From contig DAIDJL010000004.1 in the NCBI GenBank assembly GCA_027450205.1, forward strand, positions 75,932 to 139,931: a stretch of 64,000 nucleotides of DNA, in the 5' to 3' direction. The notes beneath the pieces were generated by a model, which searched no databases, was not told where the DNA came from, and saw only the letters and a list, made by a program, of their open reading frames with translations. Position numbers and translations under genes: made by a program. The DNA comes from Candidatus Parcubacteria bacterium (GTDB lineage: Bacteria; Patescibacteriota; Minisyncoccia; UBA6257; 2-01-FULL-56-20). This document shows, one piece after another, positions 45,015-56,380 of this stretch. How positions within the stretch are numbered: position 1 is the first letter of the stretch; every line of letters starts with the position of its first letter.

Positions 45015-45189
45015 GGACCTCGTTGTATCGAGCTGCCCCTTCACAATTGAAATGGTAAGATAACCAAAAGAGAGAGTTTTTTAGTTGTCCCAATTTATTC
45101 TTTTTGGCAACGTTAAGAAGTAATCAAATGTTGCAACAATAAAATTAGGATCAACGTCCAAAGTTTTTGAGACTTTGGACGATATCTTT

Positions 45190-46740
<1,551 letters not shown>

Positions 46741-46835
46741 ATTAAACTACTATTTGGATAAATAGTAACAGTCGAACTTTCTTCTCTTTGGCCGGCGATC
46801 GATCGCAGGCGAAAGCGAGGGAGGTAATTGGGACA

Positions 46836-46850
46836 ACTAAAAAGCTCTTT
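46836..46850 (+). other. 3' arm (aattgggacaactaa) of 16S precursor processing stem pairing with 45081-45095 (ttagttgtcccaatt)
   Basis: exact 15-bp complementarity across the 16S gene. Confidence 0.7.
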
Positions 46851-46869
46851 GTATGCTAGAATGAATACT

Positions 46870-47247
46870 ATGGCAGATTCGTTAAAAAAGATCATGATCA
46901 TCGAGGACGACCATTTTTTGTCGTCGCTTATGAAAGCCCGTCTTGAGAAGGAGGGATTCATGGTTGTGCAGGCCTTCGATGGCGAAGAGGCATTGCAAAT
47001 GCTCAAGGCTGAAATACCGGCGCTGGTCATCCTGGATCTCATCATGCCGAAGGTCACGGGATTCGAAGTGCTGCAGATGATCTCGATCACTCCGCAGCTG
47101 GATAAAGTGCCTGTCGTGATCGTGAGCAATCTTGCCCAGGATTCCGATATCGAGAAGGCTCGTCAGCTCGGCGCACGGGAATATTTCATAAAGGTGAAAA
47201 TATCCATAGACGACCTTGTTGGCAAAATTAAAAGTTTGGTGGTATAG
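46870..47247 (+). CDS. Single-domain response regulator (REC only)
   Basis: [10 protein letters not shown] ... LVILDLIMP; start set at MADSLKK. Confidence 0.7.
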   Translation: MADSLKKIMIIEDDHFLSSLMKARLEKEGFMVVQAFDGEEALQMLKAEIPALVILDLIMPKVTGFEVLQMISITPQLDKVPVVIVSNLAQDSDIEKARQLGAREYFIKVKISIDDLVGKIKSLVV

Positions 47248-47275
47248 TCTTCGAACAAAACATTCATACAAGAAA

Positions 47276-47578
47276 ATGATCTCAGAAGAAATCCTCAAAA
47301 AAATAAAACCTGGGGCGAAAGTGAAGGTATACGAGGGCAAGACCCCGTTTGCCGGTTTGGTGATCGCCCGCAAGCATGGTTCCGAGCCGGGTGCAACGTT
47401 CACGGTGCGTACCGTTCTTGCCGGTGTCGGCGTGGAGAAGGTCTATCCCATCCATTCGCCGTCCATCATCAAGATCGAGGTTTCCTCGAGCCCAAAGAAA
47501 GTGCATCGCGCAAAACTGTACTTTGTTCGCAAGGCATCCGCTTCGCGGATCCGGCAGAAGCTGGATGTGTCGATGTAA
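47276..47578 (+). CDS. rplS: 50S ribosomal protein L19
   Basis: [41 protein letters not shown] ... RAKLYFVRK; start set at MISEEIL. Confidence 0.85.
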   Translation: MISEEILKKIKPGAKVKVYEGKTPFAGLVIARKHGSEPGATFTVRTVLAGVGVEKVYPIHSPSIIKIEVSSSPKKVHRAKLYFVRKASASRIRQKLDVSM

Positions 47579-47657
47579 AAAATAAATCGCGTAGCCTTTT
47601 CGCTCGTGCGAAGATGAATTCGTTCAAGGGCCAACCGGTTTATTTTTTTTACCTCAT

Positions 47658-48782
47658 TCAATCAATGGTGTCCGTGATAAGCGGCGGCGTGGAGCTGACG
47701 ATCACGACATTAAAGCGCAGTTGTCCCACGAGCTGGCCGGTCGGCAGTTTGACATTCACGCGCCACGCACCTGCGGTGATGTTTCCCACAAGGGAAAACG
47801 TGCGCCAGCCCTGACTGCCGCCGCCGGTCGTAGGAAGCACGATGCGCCCACGCGTGACCCATGCTTTTTGCGCGGGATCATAGGTTTGCCATTCATGGAT
47901 GACGCTGGTATTGAATGCAGTAGGGGAGAAGATGGCAGTATATGCATAGAGCGTCGCACCGGGTTGGACGTGAATGGTCGGGCTCCATTCAAAGAACGAG
48001 AGCCATCCCTGATTTTCCGCTTGCGCGGTATAGTTGCCGGGGCTGTTCACAGTAAACGATTGATAGATGCCGGCGTCCTTGAGCGAGATCGGCAATGGCG
48101 GGATAAGGTTCGCAAAATAGAGCGCATTTACGGTGACGAGGACGCCAGCGATGGAAAGTCCTGCTACCCACTTCGTCTTTTTGGGAAATGGTTCGCGCGA
48201 AAATATTTTAAGCACGCCGGCGAACGCGCCGATCGCGGCCAGTGCCACTGCGCCGCTCAAAAGGAATATCCCATGGTTGATCGCGTGGAAAAAGATCGGC
48301 AGGAGATAGATTGCGAACGCGTAATATGAAAGAAAGATGAGCGAGAGCTGGAACGCGAGCCGTGCGTAGTGCCGTTTGAACCGCTCGTTTGCAATGAACG
48401 CGGCGGCGAGGAGCGCAAGGAACGGCCAGCTGGAAACGATCGTGCCGCTTCGGAAGTAGAAGACGAGGAACGTGCTGAAGATGCCGCCGAAGAAGAACTG
48501 CATCACGTTCACCAGCCAGAAGTGCAGTTTCTCCGGATTCTCTTCGCCGCCGGGCTCGTTCTCTATAAGGTGGATGAGCAGTGCGCAAACCGTCACGATT
48601 GCAAGGTGTCCGACCACCCAGAAGTTTTCCCAGAACTCGTCCACGCGGGTGAGCGTTACCGCGTCGAATACGAATCCGGCGATAAGCGAGAGAGAAGAGA
48701 ACGGACCTTCGATACGCGCGTAGAAATGGCGTGCGTGGGTGAGGAGGTTTTTCTTTTTCGGTGTATCGGATGTGTCGGGCAT
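47658..48782 (-). CDS. Hypothetical polytopic membrane protein with C-terminal extracytoplasmic domain (374 aa)
   Basis: ~8 TM then beta-rich Thr/Gly/Trp-containing domain. Confidence 0.5.
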   Translation of the reverse strand: MPDTSDTPKKKNLLTHARHFYARIEGPFSSLSLIAGFVFDAVTLTRVDEFWENFWVVGHLAIVTVCALLIHLIENEPGGEENPEKLHFWLVNVMQFFFGGIFSTFLVFYFRSGTIVSSWPFLALLAAAFIANERFKRHYARLAFQLSLIFLSYYAFAIYLLPIFFHAINHGIFLLSGAVALAAIGAFAGVLKIFSREPFPKKTKWVAGLSIAGVLVTVNALYFANLIPPLPISLKDAGIYQSFTVNSPGNYTAQAENQGWLSFFEWSPTIHVQPGATLYAYTAIFSPTAFNTSVIHEWQTYDPAQKAWVTRGRIVLPTTGGGSQGWRTFSLVGNITAGAWRVNVKLPTGQLVGQLRFNVVIVSSTPPLITDTID

Positions 48783-48979
48783 GTATAGATATAGGATACC
48801 GCGTTTTAATGATTTTTTAATTGGCGATCTAATCTGCGAAACAAAATATGCGAAAGCCGAGACATTGAAATTATTGCTAAAGATGTATTATAATCCCGAA
48901 GTGGTTTGTCTATCTCGAAAGCGCGATAAGATAGAAAAAGCGTTGGCGGTGGAAGGGTATCACTTGTTTTCTTAAAAAT

Positions 48980-49060
48980 GCGCGGGTGGCGAAATGGCAG
49001 ACGCACTACCTTGAGGTGGTAGCGCCGAAAGGCGTGGAGGTTCGACTCCTCTCCCGCGCA
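48980..49060 (+). tRNA. tRNA-Leu (anticodon GAG), class II with long variable arm; no encoded CCA
   Basis: manual fold GCGCGGG-TG-GCGAAATGGCAGACGC-A-CTACC-TTGAGGT-GGTAG-CGCCGAAAGGCGT-GGAGG-TTCGACT-CCTCT-CCCGCGC-A. Confidence 0.75.
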
Positions 49061-49301
49061 CAAAATAAAAAGCTACAGCGGTTTCTCAAAAATCATCCAG
49101 GCATGCCTCCCAGATAATTTTGCGCTGTAGCTATCTCCTCCCCAGGGCTTCGAGGTACTGAATTGATAGGCAATCAACGGCGATGGATCGCCAGAGGGCG
49201 GAAAAGGAGGTTGGCCACCCCGATTCTCATCGTTCTTTATCATCACGAAGTCCTAAATGTTTTATACTCCAGAGTTCGAACATCGTCCAATCTGGCGTAC
49301 T

Positions 49302-49342
49302 GGAAAAAAAGAAAGCCCCGCACAGATGATGCTCGTGCGGAG
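49302..49342 (-). terminator. Rho-independent terminator on minus strand (ccgcac/gtgcgg stem + CTTTCTTTTTTTCC)
   Basis: direct reading. Confidence 0.6.
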
Positions 49343-49370
49343 CTTTTCTGTTGCGGGGTCGAGAAAATAT

Positions 49371-49616
49371 CTACAATGTTGCTTTGCAGGCGTCGAGCTT
49401 GACCAGTCTAAAATAAAGGATCGAGCCGACGATGACGATGTGCGATGCGTAGTTGGCCCATACAGGCACCCATAGGAGAGAGGGGGTTGATCGTGGAAAT
49501 TGATGGAGGAACTGCCAGTATATCAGCGTATCCAACACCATGATTCCAAGACCGAACAGACCCCCACCCCAGGCAGAGAGCAAGATTCTCAAAGCGAGAG
49601 GGCGATAGTCAGGCAT
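49371..49616 (-). CDS. Hypothetical small membrane protein (81 aa)
   Basis: ORF + 2 TM. Confidence 0.4.
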   Translation of the reverse strand: MPDYRPLALRILLSAWGGGLFGLGIMVLDTLIYWQFLHQFPRSTPSLLWVPVWANYASHIVIVGSILYFRLVKLDACKATL

Positions 49617-49792
49617 TTCAAACCTCCGGCTCTTTTATACATCAAAATTATAAACTAGTCAATTTTTTTATTAAAGCAGTTCTAAACGCGTCCAGGGTGG
49701 TGTACAAATTGCGGTAAACGCATTAAATAAAAAGTCTCAATAAAAGAACGGCCCGCAAGGATTTCTCCTAAACGGGTCGTGTTTGTTTGAAA

Positions 49793-50275
49793 TTAAATTC
49801 GTTGAGAAAGATTGCTCAATACTTGGGCGGCGTTCTCGTTTCCGCGTTTTCTCATGTGATCGGCGAGAAATCCCGCGAGGAGGCCAAATGCAACGAGCCC
49901 ACCTTTCTTCACTCGTTCCTTTCCCTCAGGTGTAAGTTTCTGATATGCCCGGTAGGCTTTCTTAGCTGGATAGTGGGAGGATTGCTTTGAGTTAAAACCG
50001 AAGAGCAAGGCCAAGATCGGCCCAATGGCAATCGAGAGCACTATCACTAAAAACATACCCCAGACCCCAAGGTCAATAAGGGGATTGTCCGTGCCGGTAG
50101 AGCGTACCACTTGCTGGGCAAGAAAGAGGGAAGCGCACATGGCAACACAGAAGATCGTCCAGAGAGTAAGGCCGATCATCGCCCGCCGTGCAGACCAAAA
50201 TCCCCAGATCCATGCCGCTAAGCAGAGGATTGCCATTACAATTTCGAGATCTTCCATATTTTCCTCCTGAAACAA
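49793..50275 (-). CDS. Hypothetical membrane protein (160 aa, 4 TM)
   Basis: ORF + hydrophobicity. Confidence 0.45.
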   Translation of the reverse strand: MFQEENMEDLEIVMAILCLAAWIWGFWSARRAMIGLTLWTIFCVAMCASLFLAQQVVRSTGTDNPLIDLGVWGMFLVIVLSIAIGPILALLFGFNSKQSSHYPAKKAYRAYQKLTPEGKERVKKGGLVAFGLLAGFLADHMRKRGNENAAQVLSNLSQRI

Positions 50276-50306
50276 CTTATAATATTATATAAGTTTTAAC
50301 CCAAAA

Positions 50307-50612
50307 ATGTCAAGTCCTTATTTGGTGCTGAAAATGTTACAATTTACCTATATGGATGAGCTTGGCCTTATAAAAGAAAAATTGAAGAAAGCACAGCTTT
50401 CCTCGGAGGAATTTGCCATGTGGTCGGCAATACTAGAGGTTATGGACGAAGATGACCTTCGGGCCTTATCAGCATTGGTTAATCTGGACGCAACCGCTAT
50501 TCGTGTCGCTACCAATAACCTCACCGCCAAGCAGAAATCTATTGATACAGAAAATATCGATGAGTGGAAATCCATACTAGAAAATGAAAGAAAAATAGTT
50601 GAGACTGTATAA
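50307..50612 (+). CDS. Hypothetical protein (101 aa)
   Basis: ORF only. Confidence 0.4.
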   Translation: MSSPYLVLKMLQFTYMDELGLIKEKLKKAQLSSEEFAMWSAILEVMDEDDLRALSALVNLDATAIRVATNNLTAKQKSIDTENIDEWKSILENERKIVETV

Positions 50613-50617
50613 TCTAC

Positions 50618-50941
50618 ATGAAATTCGAGATTCCGATCCAGGAAACCGCGGCGGAGAATTCAGAAGCGAAACGTCGAAAGCAAGGCACATATCTCAAGGG
50701 ATTGATTGCTCTCACGCATGGAGCCGTGCGAGCAAAAAGCAGCACCGACAAGGATTCAAGTTTTCTTCAAACGGCGATCAAAGAGGCAAAAGAAACATAT
50801 GCTGCGTTAGATGATTTAGAAAAGAAAATTGATCCAACTGGAAACTTGAGCGCTGATGTTGCGGAAATGACTAAGAATGGGCTGGGGCGCCTTTCTGGAT
50901 GGGCGAGAGAGCGTATAGGACATCAAAAACAGGAGGAGTAG
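50618..50941 (+). CDS. Hypothetical protein (107 aa)
   Basis: ORF only. Confidence 0.4.
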   Translation: MKFEIPIQETAAENSEAKRRKQGTYLKGLIALTHGAVRAKSSTDKDSSFLQTAIKEAKETYAALDDLEKKIDPTGNLSADVAEMTKNGLGRLSGWARERIGHQKQEE

Positions 50942-50995
50942 TTTATGGCTTATCCTCTAAAATAGGTTCGAACTGAGTCCAGCACCCCGCACAAC

Positions 50996-51577
50996 ATGGA
51001 AACCGAGATTGAAGCAAAGTTTTTGGACGTCGATCCCGAAGAGATACGGAGGCAACTTCGCGATCTTGACGCGGTGTTGGTCCACCCGGAAGTATTGATG
51101 AAGCGAAAGGTTTTTGACCATCCGACGAACAAACAGAGTGATTGGCTTCGGGTGAGGGATGAGGGGGACAGGGTTACGATGAGTTACAAGAAGGTCATTG
51201 ATCGGACGGTTCATGGGACAAAAGAGATAACGATCGAGGTTTCCGATTTTGATAACGCGTGCGCCATCCTGGCAGCTGCACAGCTTCGATCAGCGGCATA
51301 TCAGGAAACGCGAAGGGAGACGTGGAGATTGGATGATGTGGAGATTATGATAGACACATGGCCATGGATTCCCACATTCGTCGAGATCGAAGCGCCTTCT
51401 GAGGAAACATTGAAATCCGCGGCAAAAAAGTTAGGCTTGGAGTGGGGCGGTGCGTTGTTCGGCAGTGTGGAGCCGGCATACCAAAGATATTATGATGTGA
51501 CCGAAAAGGAGATTGATTCCTGGCCGGAAATAGTTTTTAGCCCCGTTCCGGACTGGCTCCTCGTGAGGAAAAAATAA
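50996..51577 (+). CDS. CYTH-domain protein (triphosphate tunnel metalloenzyme / class IV adenylate cyclase-like)
   Basis: N-terminal EIEAKF (ExExK) motif, acidic residues on alternating strands. Confidence 0.65.
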   Translation: METEIEAKFLDVDPEEIRRQLRDLDAVLVHPEVLMKRKVFDHPTNKQSDWLRVRDEGDRVTMSYKKVIDRTVHGTKEITIEVSDFDNACAILAAAQLRSAAYQETRRETWRLDDVEIMIDTWPWIPTFVEIEAPSEETLKSAAKKLGLEWGGALFGSVEPAYQRYYDVTEKEIDSWPEIVFSPVPDWLLVRKK

Positions 51578-51620
51578 ACCGGGCTTGTTCTTTTTTGACA
51601 ATCTGCTATAATCATTTTCA

Positions 51621-52874
51621 ATGAGGCGCCATCCAGGCCTATTTTTATCGCTTATCGTCATTCTCGCCATTATTGCGGGGGTGTTCGTTTACCCGAAGGG
51701 TATTGGAGAAAAAGTGGAGCCGTGGAAGCTCGGGCTTGATCTTGTGGGCGGCAGCCATCTTGTCTATCAGATCGATCTTTCCAATGTTTCCTCGACGAAC
51801 CAGGCATCCGTAGTGAATGGCTTGCGCAACGTCATTGAGAGGCGCGTGAATCTTTTTGGTGTCAGCGAACCGAATGTTTACACATCGCAGAGCGGCAATC
51901 AGGCCCAGCTTTTCGTGGATCTTGCCGGCGTAAAGAACATTAGCGACGCCATCAACCAGATCGGACAGACGCCGCTTCTGCAGTTCGAAGAAGTGCAAAC
52001 GGTGGGCTCCAGCACGCAATATATCCAGACGAACCTGACGGGTCAATATATCACCGGTGCGCAATTGACCTTTGATCCGACGACGAACGCGCCGCAGGTT
52101 TCCATTTCATTTAACAAGGACGGTACGCAGATATTTTCCGAAATGACGGCGGCGAATGTGGGTAAGCCGCTCGCGATATTTTTGGACGGACAATTGATCG
52201 AGGCGCCGACGGTTACTGAAGCGATCACGGGCGGACAGGCGGTCATCAGCGGAGGGTTCACGGTGGCATCGGCACAGCAGCTCGTGCAGCGGTTCAATGC
52301 CGGTGCCTTGCCTGCGCCGATCACGCTCGTGAGTCAGCAGACGATCAGCCCGTCGCTCGGCGCCGATTCAATGAAAGAGGTGATGATCGCCGGTCTTATC
52401 GGCACACTGCTCGTCATGCTCTTTATGATCTTTTATTATCGTCTGCTTGGCGTTTTTGCCGCACTTGCACTCCTTATTTATATCGCGCTTACACTCGGTC
52501 TTTTCAAGGCGATCCCGATCACGCTGAGCCTTGCGGGTCTCGCCGGTTTCGTCCTTACGATCGGCACTGCCGTGGACGCGAACGTGCTCATCTTTGAGCG
52601 CATCAAAGAGGAATTGAAGCGGGGATTGCCGAAATCGTCGGCGATCGAGGAAGGGTTCCGCCGCGCGTGGCCGTCCATCCGCGATTCGAATACTTCCACG
52701 ATCATCACGTCCATCATTCTCTATTTCTTTACCTCCAGTTTTGTGCAGGGATTCGCGCTCACCCTTCTTATCGGCACGCTTGTCAGCCTTTTCAGCGCTA
52801 TTACGACCACGCGGCTCTTCCTCCGGTTTTTCTTAAAAGACGCGAAACCGGCGACGGCATCCGTAAAAGCGTAA
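51621..52874 (+). CDS. secD: Protein translocase subunit SecD
   Basis: LGLDLVGG periplasmic head, six C-terminal TM (RND-like), synteny with secF; TATAAT 51607-51612 only 8 nt before ATG. Confidence 0.85.
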   Translation: MRRHPGLFLSLIVILAIIAGVFVYPKGIGEKVEPWKLGLDLVGGSHLVYQIDLSNVSSTNQASVVNGLRNVIERRVNLFGVSEPNVYTSQSGNQAQLFVDLAGVKNISDAINQIGQTPLLQFEEVQTVGSSTQYIQTNLTGQYITGAQLTFDPTTNAPQVSISFNKDGTQIFSEMTAANVGKPLAIFLDGQLIEAPTVTEAITGGQAVISGGFTVASAQQLVQRFNAGALPAPITLVSQQTISPSLGADSMKEVMIAGLIGTLLVMLFMIFYYRLLGVFAALALLIYIALTLGLFKAIPITLSLAGLAGFVLTIGTAVDANVLIFERIKEELKRGLPKSSAIEEGFRRAWPSIRDSNTSTIITSIILYFFTSSFVQGFALTLLIGTLVSLFSAITTTRLFLRFFLKDAKPATASVKA

Positions 52875-52887
52875 TTCATCTATCATC

Positions 52888-53787
52888 ATGCTTAACATCG
52901 TAGGACATAAAAAAATCTGGTTCACGATATCCATCGTTCTGGTAGGTATCGCTGTCGTCGCCATCGCCACGTTCGGGTTTAAGGAGAGTGCCGAACTCAA
53001 GGGAGGAACATTGTGGGAGTTCACCGTTTCCGGACAGAACCTTTCTGTTTCCGATGTTCAAAACGAGCTTGCCAACAATCTGCACATCGCCGATGCGCAG
53101 GTGAACTTTGATTCCGCCAACCAATCCTTCCTTGTGCGTTTTGGGAATGTGAACGAGGCGGCGCACCAGCAGTATGTGAACGAGCTTACGACCGCGTGGC
53201 CTTCGTTCCGCGAGTTAAGTTTCCAGTCCATCAGCGCGTCCGTGGGCGCGGATCTTCGCAATAAGGCGATCATCGCGATCATCCTCGTGCTCGTCGGCAT
53301 CTCGCTTTATATTGCGTTCGCGTTCCGCAAGGCGCAGCGGCCGATCAGTTCATGGAAATACGGATGGATCACGCTGCTCACCCTGTTTCACGACGTCGCC
53401 ATCCCGGCCGGCATGCTTGCCATCCTCGGTCACTTCGTAAACGTACAGATCGATTCCAACTTCATCGTGGCGCTGCTTGTCGTCATGGGATTCTCCGTGC
53501 ACGACACCATTGTTGTCTTTGACCGCATTCGCGAGAACCTCCTCAATCATCGCGGCAAAGTTCCGTTTTCCACGATCATCAACGACAGCGTCAACCAGAC
53601 GCTCGCACGCTCCATCAACACTTCCCTGACGCTTATTCTGGTGTTGCTTGCGCTCTATTTCGTCGGTCCCGCTGACCTTAAATATTTCGTGCTTACCCTG
53701 CTTGTAGGGGTCACAACGGGCATTTACTCGTCCATCTTCATCGCCAGCCCTGCATTGGTAATGGTGAGCTCGGATGAGAGCGTATAG
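52888..53787 (+). CDS. secF: Protein translocase subunit SecF
   Basis: SecF TM core (HDVAIPAG ... VHDTIVVFDRIREN). Confidence 0.85.
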   Translation: MLNIVGHKKIWFTISIVLVGIAVVAIATFGFKESAELKGGTLWEFTVSGQNLSVSDVQNELANNLHIADAQVNFDSANQSFLVRFGNVNEAAHQQYVNELTTAWPSFRELSFQSISASVGADLRNKAIIAIILVLVGISLYIAFAFRKAQRPISSWKYGWITLLTLFHDVAIPAGMLAILGHFVNVQIDSNFIVALLVVMGFSVHDTIVVFDRIRENLLNHRGKVPFSTIINDSVNQTLARSINTSLTLILVLLALYFVGPADLKYFVLTLLVGVTTGIYSSIFIASPALVMVSSDESV

Positions 53788-53935
53788 CCGGGTGCCGTGA
53801 GGGTTGACTGCGGTTGCGATATAGTTTAATATGAAATGCAATAGAACAGGATAAATTGTGCTGAAAGTCCAGTCTGGCGCAGGGGAATATTGACATTTAT
53901 ATATAAATAATATATTATATCAACGTTGTAAAAAC

Positions 53936-54967
53936 ATGGCATCGATCATCAAACTTATCACGACATCGCTCGCCGGTCTTAATCCTCGCCAAAAAGAGGT
54001 TATTACGGCTCGTTTTGGCCTGGATGGTAAGACCGACGGCGAGACCCTCGCTGCGATCGGCGACCGGTTGAATGTTACCCGCGAGCGCGTCCGCCAGATA
54101 GAGAATGGCGCGATTGTGCTCGTAAAGGCCAATATTGCAAAGAATCCGGAAGCGGGCGTTGTTTTGGAGAAGGTGAAGAAATTTATCGCAGCCCGCGGGG
54201 GCGTGTCCGGTAAGCCGGAAGTTGTCCGCTTTGCGGCAACGCTTGCGCACGGCGCGCGCGAGAACCATCTCGATTTCCTCGCCGAGGCGTCTGGCGTGTT
54301 CAATCTTCACCGCGAAGACGACGCCTTCCATCCTTTTTATTATGTTTCCGACAAGGATCTCAAGACGGCCAGCGCGTTCGTGAATGGCTGGGTAGGATTT
54401 TTGAAATCGCACAAAGAGAGGGTGTTCGCCGATTCGTATCAGGTCCAGCTTGCGAGCTTTCTTAAAACGAAGTCCGTTGCGCAGGAAGTCGCCGATAATT
54501 ATTTGAGCATTTCAAAGCAGATCGGCAGGAACCCGTACGGCGATGTGGGACTTTATGAGTGGCCCGAGATCAACCCTGCGACCGTCCGTGACAAGATCTA
54601 TCTCGTGCTCAAAAAGAAGGCGGAGCCGCTCCACTTTGAGGACATCGCGACGCATATCAATAAGGTTGGATTTGACGACCAGAAAGCGCTTGCGCCTACC
54701 GTACATAACGAGCTCATCAAAGACGGCCGTTTCGTGCTCGTCGGCCGCGGCATGTACGGTCTTAGGGAACATGGATACGAACCGGGTACCGCGCGGGAGG
54801 TGATCGCCAAGGTCCTTAAGACCAAGGGCCCGCTTAAACCGACCGACGTCGTGACGCACGTGAACGCGCAGCGTTTCTTTAAGCAGAACACGATCCTTAT
54901 CAATCTCCAGAATCGGAACTTTTTCGAACGCATGAACGACGGCAGATATCGCGTCCGCGAGTCCTAA
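53936..54967 (+). CDS. Sigma-70 region-4-like HTH protein with large uncharacterised C-terminal domain
   Basis: LNPRQKEVITARFGL ... ETLAAIGDRLNVTRERVRQIENGA (sigma70_r4 pattern) in first 60 aa only. Confidence 0.55.
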   Translation: MASIIKLITTSLAGLNPRQKEVITARFGLDGKTDGETLAAIGDRLNVTRERVRQIENGAIVLVKANIAKNPEAGVVLEKVKKFIAARGGVSGKPEVVRFAATLAHGARENHLDFLAEASGVFNLHREDDAFHPFYYVSDKDLKTASAFVNGWVGFLKSHKERVFADSYQVQLASFLKTKSVAQEVADNYLSISKQIGRNPYGDVGLYEWPEINPATVRDKIYLVLKKKAEPLHFEDIATHINKVGFDDQKALAPTVHNELIKDGRFVLVGRGMYGLREHGYEPGTAREVIAKVLKTKGPLKPTDVVTHVNAQRFFKQNTILINLQNRNFFERMNDGRYRVRES

Positions 54968-55030
54968 CCCGATCGGTACGCACGCCGTGCGCCGCAGATG
55001 CTTTGCAGTTTTCTCGCTCTCGGTTGATAA

Positions 55031-56353
55031 TTGATGTATATGGGTAATCTTTTTCCAGCCATCCAGGTCCCTTCCGTGCTCGCGGGCGTCATTCAGAGCA
55101 TTCTCGTGGTATGGGGAGCGGTCTGGTGGTTCGTACTGCCGCTCATCGCCGCCATGATCTTATGGGAGGCGTGGCTTTTGCACCTCCATTATCAGTTCGT
55201 TCACAGTATTAAATGGAAGCTGCTTGAGATCAAAGTGCCGAAGAATGTGCTCAAAACCCCGAAGGCGATGGAACAGATATTCGCCGCGGCGCATGCGCCG
55301 TATTCGTACGGGATCCCGTGGTATAAGAAGTACGTGGATGGACAGGAAGAATATTGGATGGTCTTTGAGCTCGTCGGCCGGGCCGGCGAGACGCATTTCT
55401 ATCTTCGTGTGCCGACGCAATACCGGAACATGATGGAGTCGGCGATCTATGCCGCATATCCGGAAGCGGAGATCACCGAAGCCGACGATTATTTGGAAGA
55501 ACTGCCGCAGGCGCTCCCGAACGAGACATTCGATCTTTCCGGGCTTGAAGAAGTGTTGCGGCATGAAAATTATCTGCCGATACGCACCTATCCGATGTTC
55601 GAGGAATCAGTGGAAGAACGGCGCATTGATACGATCGCACCGCTTATGGAGGCAATGTCCAAGCTGAAGAACAGCGAACAACTTTGGTTCCAGGTGCTCA
55701 TCAAGCCGACGGGCGAAGATTTTCGGAAGGAAGGGGAGGAGGCGATAAAAAAACTGTTGGGGATAGAAGAGGAAAAGAAAAAGAAACCGAGCCTGTTCCC
55801 GAAGTTTGATCTCGGCATTTCGATGGGCGAGGCGCTTCGCGCCCCGTTCGAGCATCCGGGTGAGGCAAAGTCGCACAAAGAAGAAAAGCAGGAAAAATTT
55901 CCCCGTTTTCTCATGACGCCGGTGGATAAGGAGCGTGCGGACGCTATCCATCTCAAGATATCCAAGATCGCGTTCGAGGCGACCCTGCGCTTTGTTTACA
56001 TTGAAAAGCGCGATGAGGCTGCGGAATCCGGCCACACCAATTCCATCCATGGGTTCATCCGCCAGTTCAATACGCAGAATCTCAATTCGCTCAAGCCGGA
56101 CAGCCCTACGAATACGGCGTCGTATTCGGTGAAGGGCCCGATCTTCAAGAAGATGCGCGTCCGGGCGCGCAAACATAATATGTATGAGCACTATCGACAT
56201 TTCATCCCGTCTCACCACGAATCGATCCTCAACATAGAGGAGCTCGCGACCGTGTTTCATTTCCCATTGGCGGTCGTTTCAACGACCGAGCTAGAAAAAG
56301 TGGAGTCGCGCAAGGGGAGTCCGCCGGCATCGCTTCCTATTATCGAGGAATAG
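55031..56353 (+). CDS. Membrane-anchored partner protein (homolog of N-terminal half of 18327-20732)
   Basis: N-terminal TM; HFYLRVP, WFQVLIKP, EELATVFHFPL match HFYIGVP, LQLVVRA, EEIASIWHLPI of the fused paralog. Confidence 0.6.
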   Translation: MMYMGNLFPAIQVPSVLAGVIQSILVVWGAVWWFVLPLIAAMILWEAWLLHLHYQFVHSIKWKLLEIKVPKNVLKTPKAMEQIFAAAHAPYSYGIPWYKKYVDGQEEYWMVFELVGRAGETHFYLRVPTQYRNMMESAIYAAYPEAEITEADDYLEELPQALPNETFDLSGLEEVLRHENYLPIRTYPMFEESVEERRIDTIAPLMEAMSKLKNSEQLWFQVLIKPTGEDFRKEGEEAIKKLLGIEEEKKKKPSLFPKFDLGISMGEALRAPFEHPGEAKSHKEEKQEKFPRFLMTPVDKERADAIHLKISKIAFEATLRFVYIEKRDEAAESGHTNSIHGFIRQFNTQNLNSLKPDSPTNTASYSVKGPIFKKMRVRARKHNMYEHYRHFIPSHHESILNIEELATVFHFPLAVVSTTELEKVESRKGSPPASLPIIEE

Positions 56354-56380
56354 CGGGATACTGTAATATATCTTTGACAT

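Noticed and set aside
49163-49402. 79-aa Arg-rich ORF downstream of tRNA-Leu
   Set aside because: It has no ATG or RBS at the annotated start, overlaps the minus-strand terminator and the end of the 49371-49616 gene, and has biased composition.
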